From the NCBI GenBank assembly GCA_039809385.1, contig JBDHUY010000010.1, forward strand, positions 8,995 through 72,994: a DNA stretch of 64,000 bases, written 5' to 3'. The notes under the pieces are model-generated. The model saw only the letters and a program-made list of their open reading frames with translations, ran no database searches and had not been told where the DNA came from. Below, in pieces: positions 1-9,461 of the stretch (position 1 is the first letter of the stretch; every line of letters starts with the position of its first letter). The stretch is from Candidatus Altimarinota bacterium. GTDB lineage: Bacteria > Patescibacteriota > Gracilibacteria > JBDHUY01. A program made the translations under genes and the position numbers.

Positions 1-290
1 CGATAAACCTTTTCATGAGATTTGTTCCTTTCGAATTGAATTGAACTATACTCTACCAATTTGTGAATGATCGTCCCTACCCACGCGATGCGGGAGGGAT
101 AGATACGTGTTTCGGATTAAGCCTCAGATCGCTGTTAGAAGCGGACTCTTTCTTCGATTCATTTATGAATCAAGACTTCTGTTCTCTCTATTTAATATAT
201 TCTTTTCTTTGCAGAATGGATCTGTTTTTAAATGCGATTAAAGTATGTTGTCACTCAGAGGTTTCAAAGCTTTTATATTTCATTACATTA

Positions 291-353
291 TTGACACAAT
301 GACTACCTGTTGTTGACAAAGTTAATTGACACTATTCGTGTTTGGAATACTCT
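291..353 (+). promoter_or_regulatory. Candidate sigma70 promoter with three TTGACA hexamers
   Basis: TTGACA at 291, 312 and 326; the last is followed after 16 nt by TACTCT (348-353), upstream of the ATG at 409. Confidence 0.4.
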
Positions 354-408
354 GATCTTTGGAGGAAAAATTTTATTAGAATTTAATTTTTCACTATTCC
401 CATTCACT

Positions 409-2247
409 ATGGAGGCACAACCTGTTCAGATCCCACCCGTAGTTTTGGCCCGCCCCTTTGATTCTGGTAATCGGGAAATACTAACCGGTCAACCAGCAGT
501 TCTCAATCTGACAACCGCTACGCACGAACAAATCGCTCAAACGGCTCGTAGTCAGGTATCTGCCTACCGTACAACAGGCGTCATGCCCGTGATTCGGGTA
601 GCGTATTCTAAACAGGATAATGGCCGAACATATACGGCGCCCGTTTCGAATAAGACTCAATCTACTCCAGAAAATCTAAAATCTGAACTCACTATTTCCA
701 GTATAAAAAAATATAGGGAGGCAGCCTCTCTCGCCGTCGAAAAATTGAGAAACGAAACCGGGGATGCTCTTACTGCCTATAATGCCTTGAAGGATTTTCG
801 CGAAAAAGTTTTGAATCCTCTCTATCTCAAAGAACCCGTTGTTGGGATAGAATCCTTGACGGAAGAACAGAAGCAAGACGTGAGCTATCAAAAGCTTAAA
901 GATCTTTATGATGGTTACGTGAAGACCTATACAGACAATAAAGATAAAAAGCCTATTGTAGTTTCCGCGACATCAAATAAAAATGCTCTTCCGGTCGAAG
1001 AACAAGAGCTCTACGATCTGGATAATTTTTTACCCAGGAATCTTGTTGAAACATCCGAGAAAATTCTGGTTACGGAAGATCAGTTTGCCAATCATCAGGC
1101 TATCCACTGTGTAGGAAAATCTCCGCAATTTGCCCGAATATTCATTGCTATTCTTCCTGATGGTCGGTGGTTGCTGTTATTAAATCAGAAAAAAGATCCA
1201 AAAACAGGGGGGTATGAGTTTGGGTATGTAGGGGCGGTTTCTCTCAAACCCGTGTCCGGTATTCCGGTCAAGGATCGGAAAAAAGTTCTCAAAGCTATCA
1301 CATCTCAACTGAAAACAGTGAAGGACTATTGTACTGTCTATTTGCAACACGAGGAGGGCGGACAGAAAAAAGTACTGGATGTTTTTCAGAATTCCTGCTT
1401 GCCGAACCTGCTTTCTTTTGCTGATCGTCAAACCTCCGGACGGTATGTTCCCATACAAAAATCTCTGAGTGAGCAAGATACTACTCCCTCTTCTGAGGAT
1501 GCAAACAACAACCTCGGATCAAAGGTATCTCAGACAAGAAAGCCGGATGCGAATAATGGAGCTGGCGATGACTCACCGGCGGATCAGACAACAACTACGG
1601 TTGCTGATTCTTCCAAACCTACCTCATCTTCAGAAAAATTGGGGAAGAATACGCCCGAGACACCTCCCGATCCTGCATCATTTATTAATCTGGACCAGTT
1701 GGAAAACGGTGACTGGATGAAACTTACCGAGAACGAACTTGCCGAGCGTCTCGGACTTGCTGTCAATTACATTTATTTGAATAATCCAGATATTTTTAAA
1801 GGCATACAAAAGTTTCTGGTACTGGGAAAGATAGATAATAGCAAGGTCGTGATCGCTTGTACTTCCCTGGGGGGTTTTGATACTGATACAACCGGTTACT
1901 ATAAAAAAGACGCTCCATGGAAAATCGTGGTGATCAATATGAAATCTTCCAAGCCTGTTCAGGAAGCTGCCGTCTATACCGATGGGGTATTTGATGATGC
2001 TGTTTCCAAACGTACTCTCGCGAATGTGGTTACTGGAAAATCTGTCATCGAGAATTTACAAAAGGGCAAAACGATCGCTAAGAAAAGTTGGGAACTAGTC
2101 GTGGGGCCAAATACTCAAGAAAGAAAAACTTCGGTTTTTAAAAGCAGTACAGGAGGCGATAGCCGCTATGACGCTCCTCGTTTTAATGGTTCTCCTTTTC
2201 CCGACACAAATAAGAATATTACAATTATTGTCGATTTTCCCCGATAA
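409..2247 (+). CDS. Hypothetical protein (~612 aa) with central Ser/Thr/Asp/Asn-rich linker
   Basis: Long ORF (track 310..2247); ATG at 409 (MEAQPVQ) preferred over the upstream TTG; no family motif recognised. Confidence 0.75.
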   Translation: MEAQPVQIPPVVLARPFDSGNREILTGQPAVLNLTTATHEQIAQTARSQVSAYRTTGVMPVIRVAYSKQDNGRTYTAPVSNKTQSTPENLKSELTISSIKKYREAASLAVEKLRNETGDALTAYNALKDFREKVLNPLYLKEPVVGIESLTEEQKQDVSYQKLKDLYDGYVKTYTDNKDKKPIVVSATSNKNALPVEEQELYDLDNFLPRNLVETSEKILVTEDQFANHQAIHCVGKSPQFARIFIAILPDGRWLLLLNQKKDPKTGGYEFGYVGAVSLKPVSGIPVKDRKKVLKAITSQLKTVKDYCTVYLQHEEGGQKKVLDVFQNSCLPNLLSFADRQTSGRYVPIQKSLSEQDTTPSSEDANNNLGSKVSQTRKPDANNGAGDDSPADQTTTTVADSSKPTSSSEKLGKNTPETPPDPASFINLDQLENGDWMKLTENELAERLGLAVNYIYLNNPDIFKGIQKFLVLGKIDNSKVVIACTSLGGFDTDTTGYYKKDAPWKIVVINMKSSKPVQEAAVYTDGVFDDAVSKRTLANVVTGKSVIENLQKGKTIAKKSWELVVGPNTQERKTSVFKSSTGGDSRYDAPRFNGSPFPDTNKNITIIVDFPR

Positions 2248-2270
2248 TATACCTTTTTGCAGATTCTTTC

Positions 2271-3227
2271 TTATCGAGTCGCGGGAGGTATTCGGTATTT
2301 CCCCACCACCCCGTAATGATCCGAGGCCGTTTGTGCGATGATGTTAAAATCAAGAGATTCTATGTCGGGAGAATGAAAAATGTAGTCGATCGGGACCATC
2401 ATGAGCGTATTCCAGGCCGGGAAGGTAGGCGAGAGATTGTGACGACTGTCCAAAAGTCCGGTATGTTCTTTAAAAGCCGTCACTTGAGCAGCCCAGGGTA
2501 CAATATTGAAATCGCCGATCACCAGCGTAGTAGCATTCTGTCCCTTTACAAAATCGGCAATGTTTTCCAAATGCCGATTTCTGCCCTCATAGCGTTTTTC
2601 CGAAACCGGCGAAAACGTATGTGAGGTCACGACCAGTATATCGGCTTTCGGTGTGGCGAGAGTCGCCGTAATATTGGGCAAATCCTGCCAATACTCTATT
2701 TTTGATTGTTTTATCGGGAACTTGCTGAGCAGGATTACCCCGTAAAATCCGCGATAGTCCGTATCCTCCTGATAGACGATATATGGGTACTCTTTCCCCA
2801 TTACCTCGCTCAAAATATCAATCCATTCGGTCGTTACTTCCTGAAACGATAAAATATCGGCCCCGCTGGCCCACGCCGCTCGTAACGTTTTTTCGTAATC
2901 GGTATTGGTGGCCAGGACGTTAAAATGCGCTACCGTCAGGTCTGGTTGTGTATTTGGCAGCGGCGCGGTCTTATGAAAATACGGCCATAAAAACGCCAGC
3001 AGCATTACTATTCCCAGAATCGTTATTGCAGCTGCCAGGATTTTTTTTCGTAAGATCCATACAACGAGTAACCCTATATCGAGCAGCAGTATCTGCACGG
3101 CATACGATTGCAGTATCCCAAACCAGAAGTTGTCGGGTGGCAGAAGAATTGCTCCCTGAAGCAGCAGGAACAGTGGAGCGTAGATGCCTTCCGAAAGAGT
3201 AATCTTTGGTTTTATACGGTTTTTCAT
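2271..3227 (-). CDS. Endonuclease/exonuclease/phosphatase family membrane protein
   Basis: N-terminal TM segments, then EEP motifs HFNV, ADILSFQE, VIGDFN, PIDYIF, SDHY. Confidence 0.9.
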   Translation of the reverse strand: MKNRIKPKITLSEGIYAPLFLLLQGAILLPPDNFWFGILQSYAVQILLLDIGLLVVWILRKKILAAAITILGIVMLLAFLWPYFHKTAPLPNTQPDLTVAHFNVLATNTDYEKTLRAAWASGADILSFQEVTTEWIDILSEVMGKEYPYIVYQEDTDYRGFYGVILLSKFPIKQSKIEYWQDLPNITATLATPKADILVVTSHTFSPVSEKRYEGRNRHLENIADFVKGQNATTLVIGDFNIVPWAAQVTAFKEHTGLLDSRHNLSPTFPAWNTLMMVPIDYIFHSPDIESLDFNIIAQTASDHYGVVGKYRIPPATR

Positions 3228-3294
3228 GCAAATTCTAAAGTGTTTAAACCAGAATGCATTTGCTTTGCGTGTTACGGAAGTTTCACCCGGTAGC

Positions 3295-4710
3295 TTATGC
3301 CTGTCCGTTCTTCCAGTCGGTATGAAACGTCCCGGGTCGGTCGTTCCTCTGATAGGTGTGCGCTCCGAAATAATCTCGTAAGCCCTGAATGAAATTGGCC
3401 GGCAGTATTTTTGCGGTCATGCTTTCTATATATCCTAAGCTGCTGGAGAAGCACAAAGCGGGGACGCCTCCCTCGGCCATACTGGCAACGACCAAACGCA
3501 GGTGAGAAAGTTTTTCCCGCACCGTAGTACCCATTGGTTCGGTAGCAAAAAGATGACTGTTTTTTTGATGTGAGCTGCGGTAACTGTCTTCGATATCCTC
3601 CAATAATTTTGCGCGGATGATACAGCCGCCCTGCCAAATACGGACAATTTCGGACAGCTCGATCTCCCATTCTTCCTCGCGGGCGGCCTGTTCGATAAGA
3701 TCGAATCCCTGGGCGTAGCACGAGATAATGCTTAGCAAGAGGGCGTCTTCCAGAGCCGGAATGATATCATGCAGGTCTTTATGATGGAGACGATAGTCTT
3801 TGCGGAATACATGGTTTAGCCCGATCCGGCGTTCTTTTTGCGCGGAGATAAAGCGCATATTGACGGCTTCGGTGATCGTCGGAATCGCCACGCCCCGGTT
3901 GAGCGCATCCAGCGACGTCCATTTCCCCGTACCCTTTTGTGCCGCGGTATCGAGTATGTTATCTACCAAGTAGCCTGGTTCTTCGTCATCTTTTTTTTGC
4001 AATACCTCAACCGCGATATCGCAAAGATAAGAGTTTAAGCTGCGTTGGCCGAATTGTCGAAAAATATCCGCGATCTGCGGAGCATCCAACCCGCAACCTT
4101 GACGCAAAAAATCGTATGCTTCGGCCATGACGCCCATAATTCCGTATTCGATACCGTTGTGGACCATTTTCACATAATGACCAGCTCCGTTTCCGCCGAT
4201 GTAGGATACGCACGCGCCGTCGTGGAAATCCCGGGCTGCAATCGTTTCGAACATGGGGCGAACCAGCATCCAGGCTTTTTGGCTACCCCCGGGCATCATG
4301 CTCGGGCCCCTAAGCGCTCCCTCTGCTCCACCCGAGACGCCGCAGCCCAGGAATTGAATGTTGGCGGCTTTCAGCGCTAAAAATCGACGCTGGGTGTCGG
4401 CAAAAAACGAATTCCCGCAGTCGATCAGTACATCTTCGGCAGTCAGAAAAGGAATCAGTTCCTCGATCACCGCATCTACCGGGTGCCCGGCCTCGACCAT
4501 GATAATAATTTTGCGCGGAAGCGAGAGCGAATCTACAAAATCTTTCAGTTCATAATAGGGATACAGCCGTTCATGCGCATAGCGTTCGATAAAATCGCTG
4601 GTTTTGGTTCCCGTACGATTATATACGGCTGTCGCATAACCATGATTTGCCAGATTACGAGCCAGATTGGCTCCCATGGTACCGAGTCCGATAAGGCCGA
4701 TGTCGTGCAT
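3295..4710 (-). CDS. gnd: NADP-dependent 6-phosphogluconate dehydrogenase (decarboxylating)
   Basis: IGLIGLGTMG, GVSGGAEGALRGPSMMPGG, GHYVKMVHNGIEY, QKGTGKWT, QGLRDYFGAHTY. Confidence 0.97.
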   Translation of the reverse strand: MHDIGLIGLGTMGANLARNLANHGYATAVYNRTGTKTSDFIERYAHERLYPYYELKDFVDSLSLPRKIIIMVEAGHPVDAVIEELIPFLTAEDVLIDCGNSFFADTQRRFLALKAANIQFLGCGVSGGAEGALRGPSMMPGGSQKAWMLVRPMFETIAARDFHDGACVSYIGGNGAGHYVKMVHNGIEYGIMGVMAEAYDFLRQGCGLDAPQIADIFRQFGQRSLNSYLCDIAVEVLQKKDDEEPGYLVDNILDTAAQKGTGKWTSLDALNRGVAIPTITEAVNMRFISAQKERRIGLNHVFRKDYRLHHKDLHDIIPALEDALLLSIISCYAQGFDLIEQAAREEEWEIELSEIVRIWQGGCIIRAKLLEDIEDSYRSSHQKNSHLFATEPMGTTVREKLSHLRLVVASMAEGGVPALCFSSSLGYIESMTAKILPANFIQGLRDYFGAHTYQRNDRPGTFHTDWKNGQA

Positions 4711-4858
4711 GATGCTGGTTGGGTTAGGCTAATAAAGACCAGAACTGAATTTTGCTATGCTGAAAATGTACCCGAACTCTATGCCAAGATCAAGCGGCGT
4801 GCTCGAGGAATGCTGCTGGATGGAAAATGCCGGTATATTTTTTGAATAGATCTTTCTA

Positions 4859-5344
4859 TCAATCTATTGTTTCGACAAGTTTTATTCTGGCATCACTCTG
4901 TTTCAGCGATCCCAATTGTTCCAGCATATCCTGTTTATAATCGCGCCAATCTGCGCTATTGTCAAAGCTCTGGCGCAGTCTTTTTAAGTAGGCAGGGCTT
5001 CCCGATTCGTAGAAAAACTTGACTAGCCAGCCGCGTATTTCTCGGGTAATGCCTCGTTTTATGGCCAGGGAAAGTGCCTGTTTTTCGAATTTCTTTTTGA
5101 GATTGTTATTTTGTTCTTTCTGCGAAAGAGCGATCCCGCGTGTCGTCAGACTTCCGGCTGCAACGTAGTTTTTGTGCCGAATGTAACTTCGCAATAGAGT
5201 ATAGATATTTTCGGCGCTATTGAGATCCCGGACTGAGGATACTTCGCTTACCGTGAGGGTATCTTTCTTTAATTTCCCCGATGTTTGAAAGGTGGTTCTT
5301 TTGCTCGAAGCCTTTTGGGCAGGTTTCCTTCTAGTATAAGACAT
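4859..5344 (-). CDS. Hypothetical basic protein
   Basis: 161-aa ORF overlapping the proB 3' end by 14 nt in operon orientation; helical, Lys/Arg-rich. Confidence 0.6.
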   Translation of the reverse strand: MSYTRRKPAQKASSKRTTFQTSGKLKKDTLTVSEVSSVRDLNSAENIYTLLRSYIRHKNYVAAGSLTTRGIALSQKEQNNNLKKKFEKQALSLAIKRGITREIRGWLVKFFYESGSPAYLKRLRQSFDNSADWRDYKQDMLEQLGSLKQSDARIKLVETID

Positions 5345-6416
5345 ACAGGTAATCGTAATGGACCAATGGCTTTTTATTACGTTTCCCTTGATACTGTTTG
5401 GCTGTTTTATAGCCGTACTGGGCTAGTCCGAGGGCGATTTTTTTGTGTTCGGGGGTATAAATTCCGACCAGATCTCCCCGCTGGAAATTTCCCTCGATGG
5501 CGGTCACTCCGACCGGGAGGAGGCTGCGGATCGAATCTGGTGATACCAGGAGCCTCACCGCTCCGGCGTCGACTGTGATTTTTCCTTTCTCTTGATCATT
5601 ATTGTAAGCTAGCCATTTTTTCACATTACTGGCTTTCCGTTTAGGAACGAATCGGGTGCCGTCTTTTCTATTTTCCAACAAAGCAGGTAAGATACCGGAT
5701 TTCTTGCCGTTGGCGATCACGACTTCGATACCGAGTCTGGCCAATTTTGAGGCCATGGTCGCTTTGGTCAGCATCCCGCCGCGTCCGAAGCTGGATCTCT
5801 CGGCGCTGATACCCTGGCGGTATTGCGGATTGTCGGTCTCGATAGTGTGGATCAGTGTGCTGTCTTTTTCCGTCGGCGGGCCGGTAAAAATGCCGTCGAC
5901 GTTCGAGAGAATAATGAGTTTGGAAACGTTCAGCATGCCCGAGACGAGGGTGGCCAGTTCGTCGTTATCGGTAAACATGAGTTCGGTGATCGCCACTGCA
6001 TCGTTTTCGTTGATAATGGGAATAATACCGTTCATCAGGAGGTTCTCGAGACACGAGCGCATATTGAGATAGTGGTTGCGGTCCCGGAAATCTTCTTTGG
6101 TGACGAGGATCTGGGCGATCTGTTTCTGGTGCTTTTTGAAAATAGTGCTGTACTCGTTCATCAGTCCGACCTGTCCGACCGAGGCCAGCACTTGCCGGCG
6201 TGCTATTTCGTCGGTAAACGTAAGATGCGACAGGCTTTCCCGGCCGGCGGCGACGGCTCCGGAGGAAACTAACACGATCTGATATCCGTTTTTTGTTACA
6301 TCTGATACCTGCTTGCACAGCGAGCGCATGGTGTCGGTATCCAGGGTTTTGTCCGGGTTCATCAGAACGTTGGAGCCGATTTTGATGACGAGGCGATTCT
6401 TCATTATAGGTTCCAT
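5331..6416 (-). CDS. proB: Glutamate 5-kinase with C-terminal PUA domain
   Basis: VIKIGSNV, VSSGAVAAG, IPIINENDAV, FTDNDELA, GRGGMLTK, SLLPVGV (PUA). Confidence 0.95.
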   Translation of the reverse strand: MEPIMKNRLVIKIGSNVLMNPDKTLDTDTMRSLCKQVSDVTKNGYQIVLVSSGAVAAGRESLSHLTFTDEIARRQVLASVGQVGLMNEYSTIFKKHQKQIAQILVTKEDFRDRNHYLNMRSCLENLLMNGIIPIINENDAVAITELMFTDNDELATLVSGMLNVSKLIILSNVDGIFTGPPTEKDSTLIHTIETDNPQYRQGISAERSSFGRGGMLTKATMASKLARLGIEVVIANGKKSGILPALLENRKDGTRFVPKRKASNVKKWLAYNNDQEKGKITVDAGAVRLLVSPDSIRSLLPVGVTAIEGNFQRGDLVGIYTPEHKKIALGLAQYGYKTAKQYQGKRNKKPLVHYDYLYVLY

Positions 6417-6459
6417 AGGGGATAGTACGTTGTTATTTCTTTGATTTCTCTCTCATTGA

Positions 6460-6858
6460 TTATTCGCGTTTTTTATCTTCATATAGTTCAATAGGCAGTC
6501 CGTCGGGATCGGCCAAAAATGTGAAACGTTGCCCTGTCAGTTCGTCGATTCGTATGGGTTCCACAGCTACGCCTTTTTCTTCTAAAAAACGTATCGTATC
6601 ATCCAGATTCTCTACGGCAAAAGCAAGATGGCGTAGTCCGCAGCTTTCCGGATAGGAGGGGCGTTGCGGAGGATTGGGAAAAGAGAAAAGTTCGATCTGG
6701 GTAGTTTCGTTCACTTTGAGATCAAGTTTATAGGAATCGCGTGCGCTACGGTATGTTTCGCGGATGATTTGAAATCCCAAAATTTCGGTATAAAACTTTT
6801 TCGAGACCTCGTAGTTGGAAGCGATGATGGCGATGTGGTGGAGGCGGTTGAACTGCAT
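6460..6858 (-). CDS. VOC/glyoxalase family protein (YaeR-like)
   Basis: LHHIAII, FYTEILG, IELFSFP, GLRHLAF, DPDGLPIELYE. Confidence 0.92.
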   Translation of the reverse strand: MQFNRLHHIAIIASNYEVSKKFYTEILGFQIIRETYRSARDSYKLDLKVNETTQIELFSFPNPPQRPSYPESCGLRHLAFAVENLDDTIRFLEEKGVAVEPIRIDELTGQRFTFLADPDGLPIELYEDKKRE

Positions 6859-6888
6859 GAATAGCGTTAATCTTTATCGGAATTTATC

Positions 6889-8517
6889 CTACTTATTCTC
6901 TCTCTTGCGATCAAGGGGAATACCCGCGGCTCGGAGAGCGGCTTCATGTTCTTTGGAAAGTCTTGCATATCCACGCATTGGTTTGCTTTGAGCAACTAAT
7001 TGCTCATTTCGGTAACCTGATCCCCAGCTCTCTATACTTCTGCCTAATCTTTTTTCTGCTTGATTGGGAGAATATCTACTGGGCCAATGACCGTTTTCCT
7101 GGAAAAAGTTTAGACAGGCATTAAAATCTCGCTGAAATTTCTCTTCCGCTTCTGCTTTTGTATCGAGGATAATGCCGATATCCAGAATAGCTTTTGCGTG
7201 TTCTTCGGAGAGTCTCTTCGTTCCAACCATCGGTTCCCCCCGATCAAGTAATTGTTTATTTCGCCAACCCGCTCTCCATTGACTTATTTGTATATATAAC
7301 CTCATTTCTTCCTTCTCAGTAGAACGACCACTAGGCCAATGGCCCTTTCTCCGGAAAAATTCTAGACAAGCGAGTAAATTTTGCCAAAATCTCTGTTCGG
7401 CCTCTGCTTTGGTATCGAGGATAATGCCGATAGCCAGAATAGCGTTTTCATGCTCTTTGGAAAGTATTGCATATCTACGTATTGGCTTTTGTTGAGCAAT
7501 TAATTGCTTATTTCGATAACCTTCTCTCCAGCCATTGATTTTTTTACCTAATCTGTATTCTTCTTCTTTATTAGAGTCCGAACTTGGCCAACGACCATGT
7601 AATTCTTTGAATTGAATGAGCGTATGGAGCCATTCTTCAAAAGTACGTCGATTCCTCTTGTTTGTTTGCTGTTGTTGACTGGGGTTATTCATCAGATGAT
7701 ACATCAGTCTGGCTCTCCAGCTGCTTTCGTCTTCTGTCATCGGAAACCACCCTATCCTGGGAATGCCAAGATTGTCTGGATTCTGTTTCGCCTGCTCGGC
7801 CATGGCTCGGAGGTCTTCTATTTTATGACTGGTAGCTTGCTGTTGCCAACCTTCCAGTGGAACGATATACGTGGCATTGCTATACGAGTTACAGACAAAC
7901 ACGCATTTCCCGAAACTGGGAAAGAGCACGGCAAAATAGGGTTGTGTCTCGCTCCTGCTCTGCAGATTTGAAACAAAGAAATGCTCTTTGGGGTCAAACT
8001 GTTTGTCCAGTTTTCTGGCAATGTCGAGGGCCCATACCAGCCGCGGCCAGTCTTGCTTGATTGCTTCGTATGTTTCATGCTCGGTATCGTTTCCTGAAGT
8101 AACCGCTCGTTCCCCGGGCGGAAGTATTTCGCTTGAAAAGATTTGTGCATGAGGGAGAGGATAAGGACGACTGTTTTCGAGCGATCGCCAAGTCTCAAGA
8201 AGTCCATGTCTATAGCGATCTATTGTCTCATCTATCGTAGTTTCTTTTCTATGAAGTATTGTTAATACTTCCTGTTGGATATGGCTACAGGCATATTCTA
8301 ACTTTTCTCTCCCACGGTCCAGGTTCTCATCTCGTTGAGCGCCCTCAAAAAAAGGCAGCATTTCCAGAACAATATCTTCCCGAAGTATCGGATGTAGTGT
8401 ATCTATGTTCATCTTCGTGGCTTTCAGCAATCCTTGAAATTCGGTCAGATTACAAGTTGCCAGAAGACCATCTAGCGAGTCTTCTTCCGCAGGATTTCTT
8501 TGATTTATATAACTCAT
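6889..8517 (-). CDS. Hypothetical protein with three C-terminal 84-aa helicase-associated (HA)-like repeats
   Basis: Repeats of F..xxGxWPS...E.RL...I..WR.G.RN.QL at 252-bp period; probable ATG at 8517 (MSYINQ). Confidence 0.75.
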   Translation of the reverse strand: MSYINQRNPAEEDSLDGLLATCNLTEFQGLLKATKMNIDTLHPILREDIVLEMLPFFEGAQRDENLDRGREKLEYACSHIQQEVLTILHRKETTIDETIDRYRHGLLETWRSLENSRPYPLPHAQIFSSEILPPGERAVTSGNDTEHETYEAIKQDWPRLVWALDIARKLDKQFDPKEHFFVSNLQSRSETQPYFAVLFPSFGKCVFVCNSYSNATYIVPLEGWQQQATSHKIEDLRAMAEQAKQNPDNLGIPRIGWFPMTEDESSWRARLMYHLMNNPSQQQQTNKRNRRTFEEWLHTLIQFKELHGRWPSSDSNKEEEYRLGKKINGWREGYRNKQLIAQQKPIRRYAILSKEHENAILAIGIILDTKAEAEQRFWQNLLACLEFFRRKGHWPSGRSTEKEEMRLYIQISQWRAGWRNKQLLDRGEPMVGTKRLSEEHAKAILDIGIILDTKAEAEEKFQRDFNACLNFFQENGHWPSRYSPNQAEKRLGRSIESWGSGYRNEQLVAQSKPMRGYARLSKEHEAALRAAGIPLDRKRENK

Positions 8518-8632
8518 TTCTAAAAAACGATTAGCTAAGTAGTACCTGATTTTAGGCAACTAAAAATAGTTGTCAAATTGTTATTCCACGTTGCAGCATC
8601 GTTTTTTGCCAAGTCAATTTATTCTAAAACAC

Positions 8633-8665
8633 AAAAAAAGGCCGCACATAGTGCTGGCCTTTCTT
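8633..8665 (-). terminator. Intrinsic terminator after the racemase gene
   Basis: Minus strand aggcc-agcac-tat-gtgc-ggcct hairpin followed by a T run. Confidence 0.7.
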
Positions 8666-8699
8666 GGTAGTTATGTGGTTGCATGCATATCTTTCGATT

Positions 8700-9410
8700 T
8701 CAGCTTTTCATATCAGATAATGCAAACTCCACCGCCTTATCCGCGTGAATTCTGGTCGTATCAAACACCGGAACACCGCTGTCTGTCTGGTTAACCAGCA
8801 GCATGATTTCGGTACATCCCAGGATGATCCCTTCCGCACCCCGGTCAATCATATCTTGCATAATCCGCCGATACTCCTGGCGCGATTCTACTTTGATCTG
8901 ATTGAGACACAACTCGTCGTAAATAATCTCATGAACGATATTCCGATCTGCTTCATGTGGCGTCAATACCTCCAGTCCGTACTTCTGTTCCAAACGTCCT
9001 TTATAAAAATCCTCCTCCATCGTGAATTTAGTGCCGAGCAATCCGATCTTTTTAAATCCCAGCTTTTGTATCATTTCGGCAGTAGCGTCGGCGATGTGCA
9101 GCAATGGAATTGGCACAGCGGCTTGCACTTGATCCGCCATCTTGTGCATCGTATTCGTGCAGATTATCACGCAATCGGCTCCAGCTTTTTCGAGTCGTTG
9201 TGCGAGCTTGATCATGGTATCGGTCAACTCTTCCCAGCGCCCCTTGTGTTGCAGTTTCTCGACCACTTCAAAATCAACTGATACTAATACAAGTTCAGCT
9301 GAATGATTACCGCCCAAGCGTTCATTTACTCCTGTGTTAATAATTTCGTGATATTGTTGAGACGATGGCCATGCCATACCGCCAATAAGTCCTATGGTTT
9401 TCATAAGCAT
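8700..9410 (-). CDS. Aspartate/glutamate racemase family protein (YgeA/RacX-like)
   Basis: IGLIGGMAW, CTNTMH, IGLLGTKFTME, ILGCTEI (two catalytic Cys). Confidence 0.93.
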   Translation of the reverse strand: MLMKTIGLIGGMAWPSSQQYHEIINTGVNERLGGNHSAELVLVSVDFEVVEKLQHKGRWEELTDTMIKLAQRLEKAGADCVIICTNTMHKMADQVQAAVPIPLLHIADATAEMIQKLGFKKIGLLGTKFTMEEDFYKGRLEQKYGLEVLTPHEADRNIVHEIIYDELCLNQIKVESRQEYRRIMQDMIDRGAEGIILGCTEIMLLVNQTDSGVPVFDTTRIHADKAVEFALSDMKS

Positions 9411-9461
9411 TTGTGCTAAAAAGGTAAAACTTCGATGCTGAAGAAGCAGATGTATAGTCCC

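Noticed and set aside
70-150. Hairpin (tccct-cccgc/gtggg-aggga on minus) upstream of a possible gene starting at 16 on the minus strand; considered as a TPP riboswitch or hammerhead
   Set aside because: Core consensus elements of both families are missing, and the downstream gene lies outside the window.
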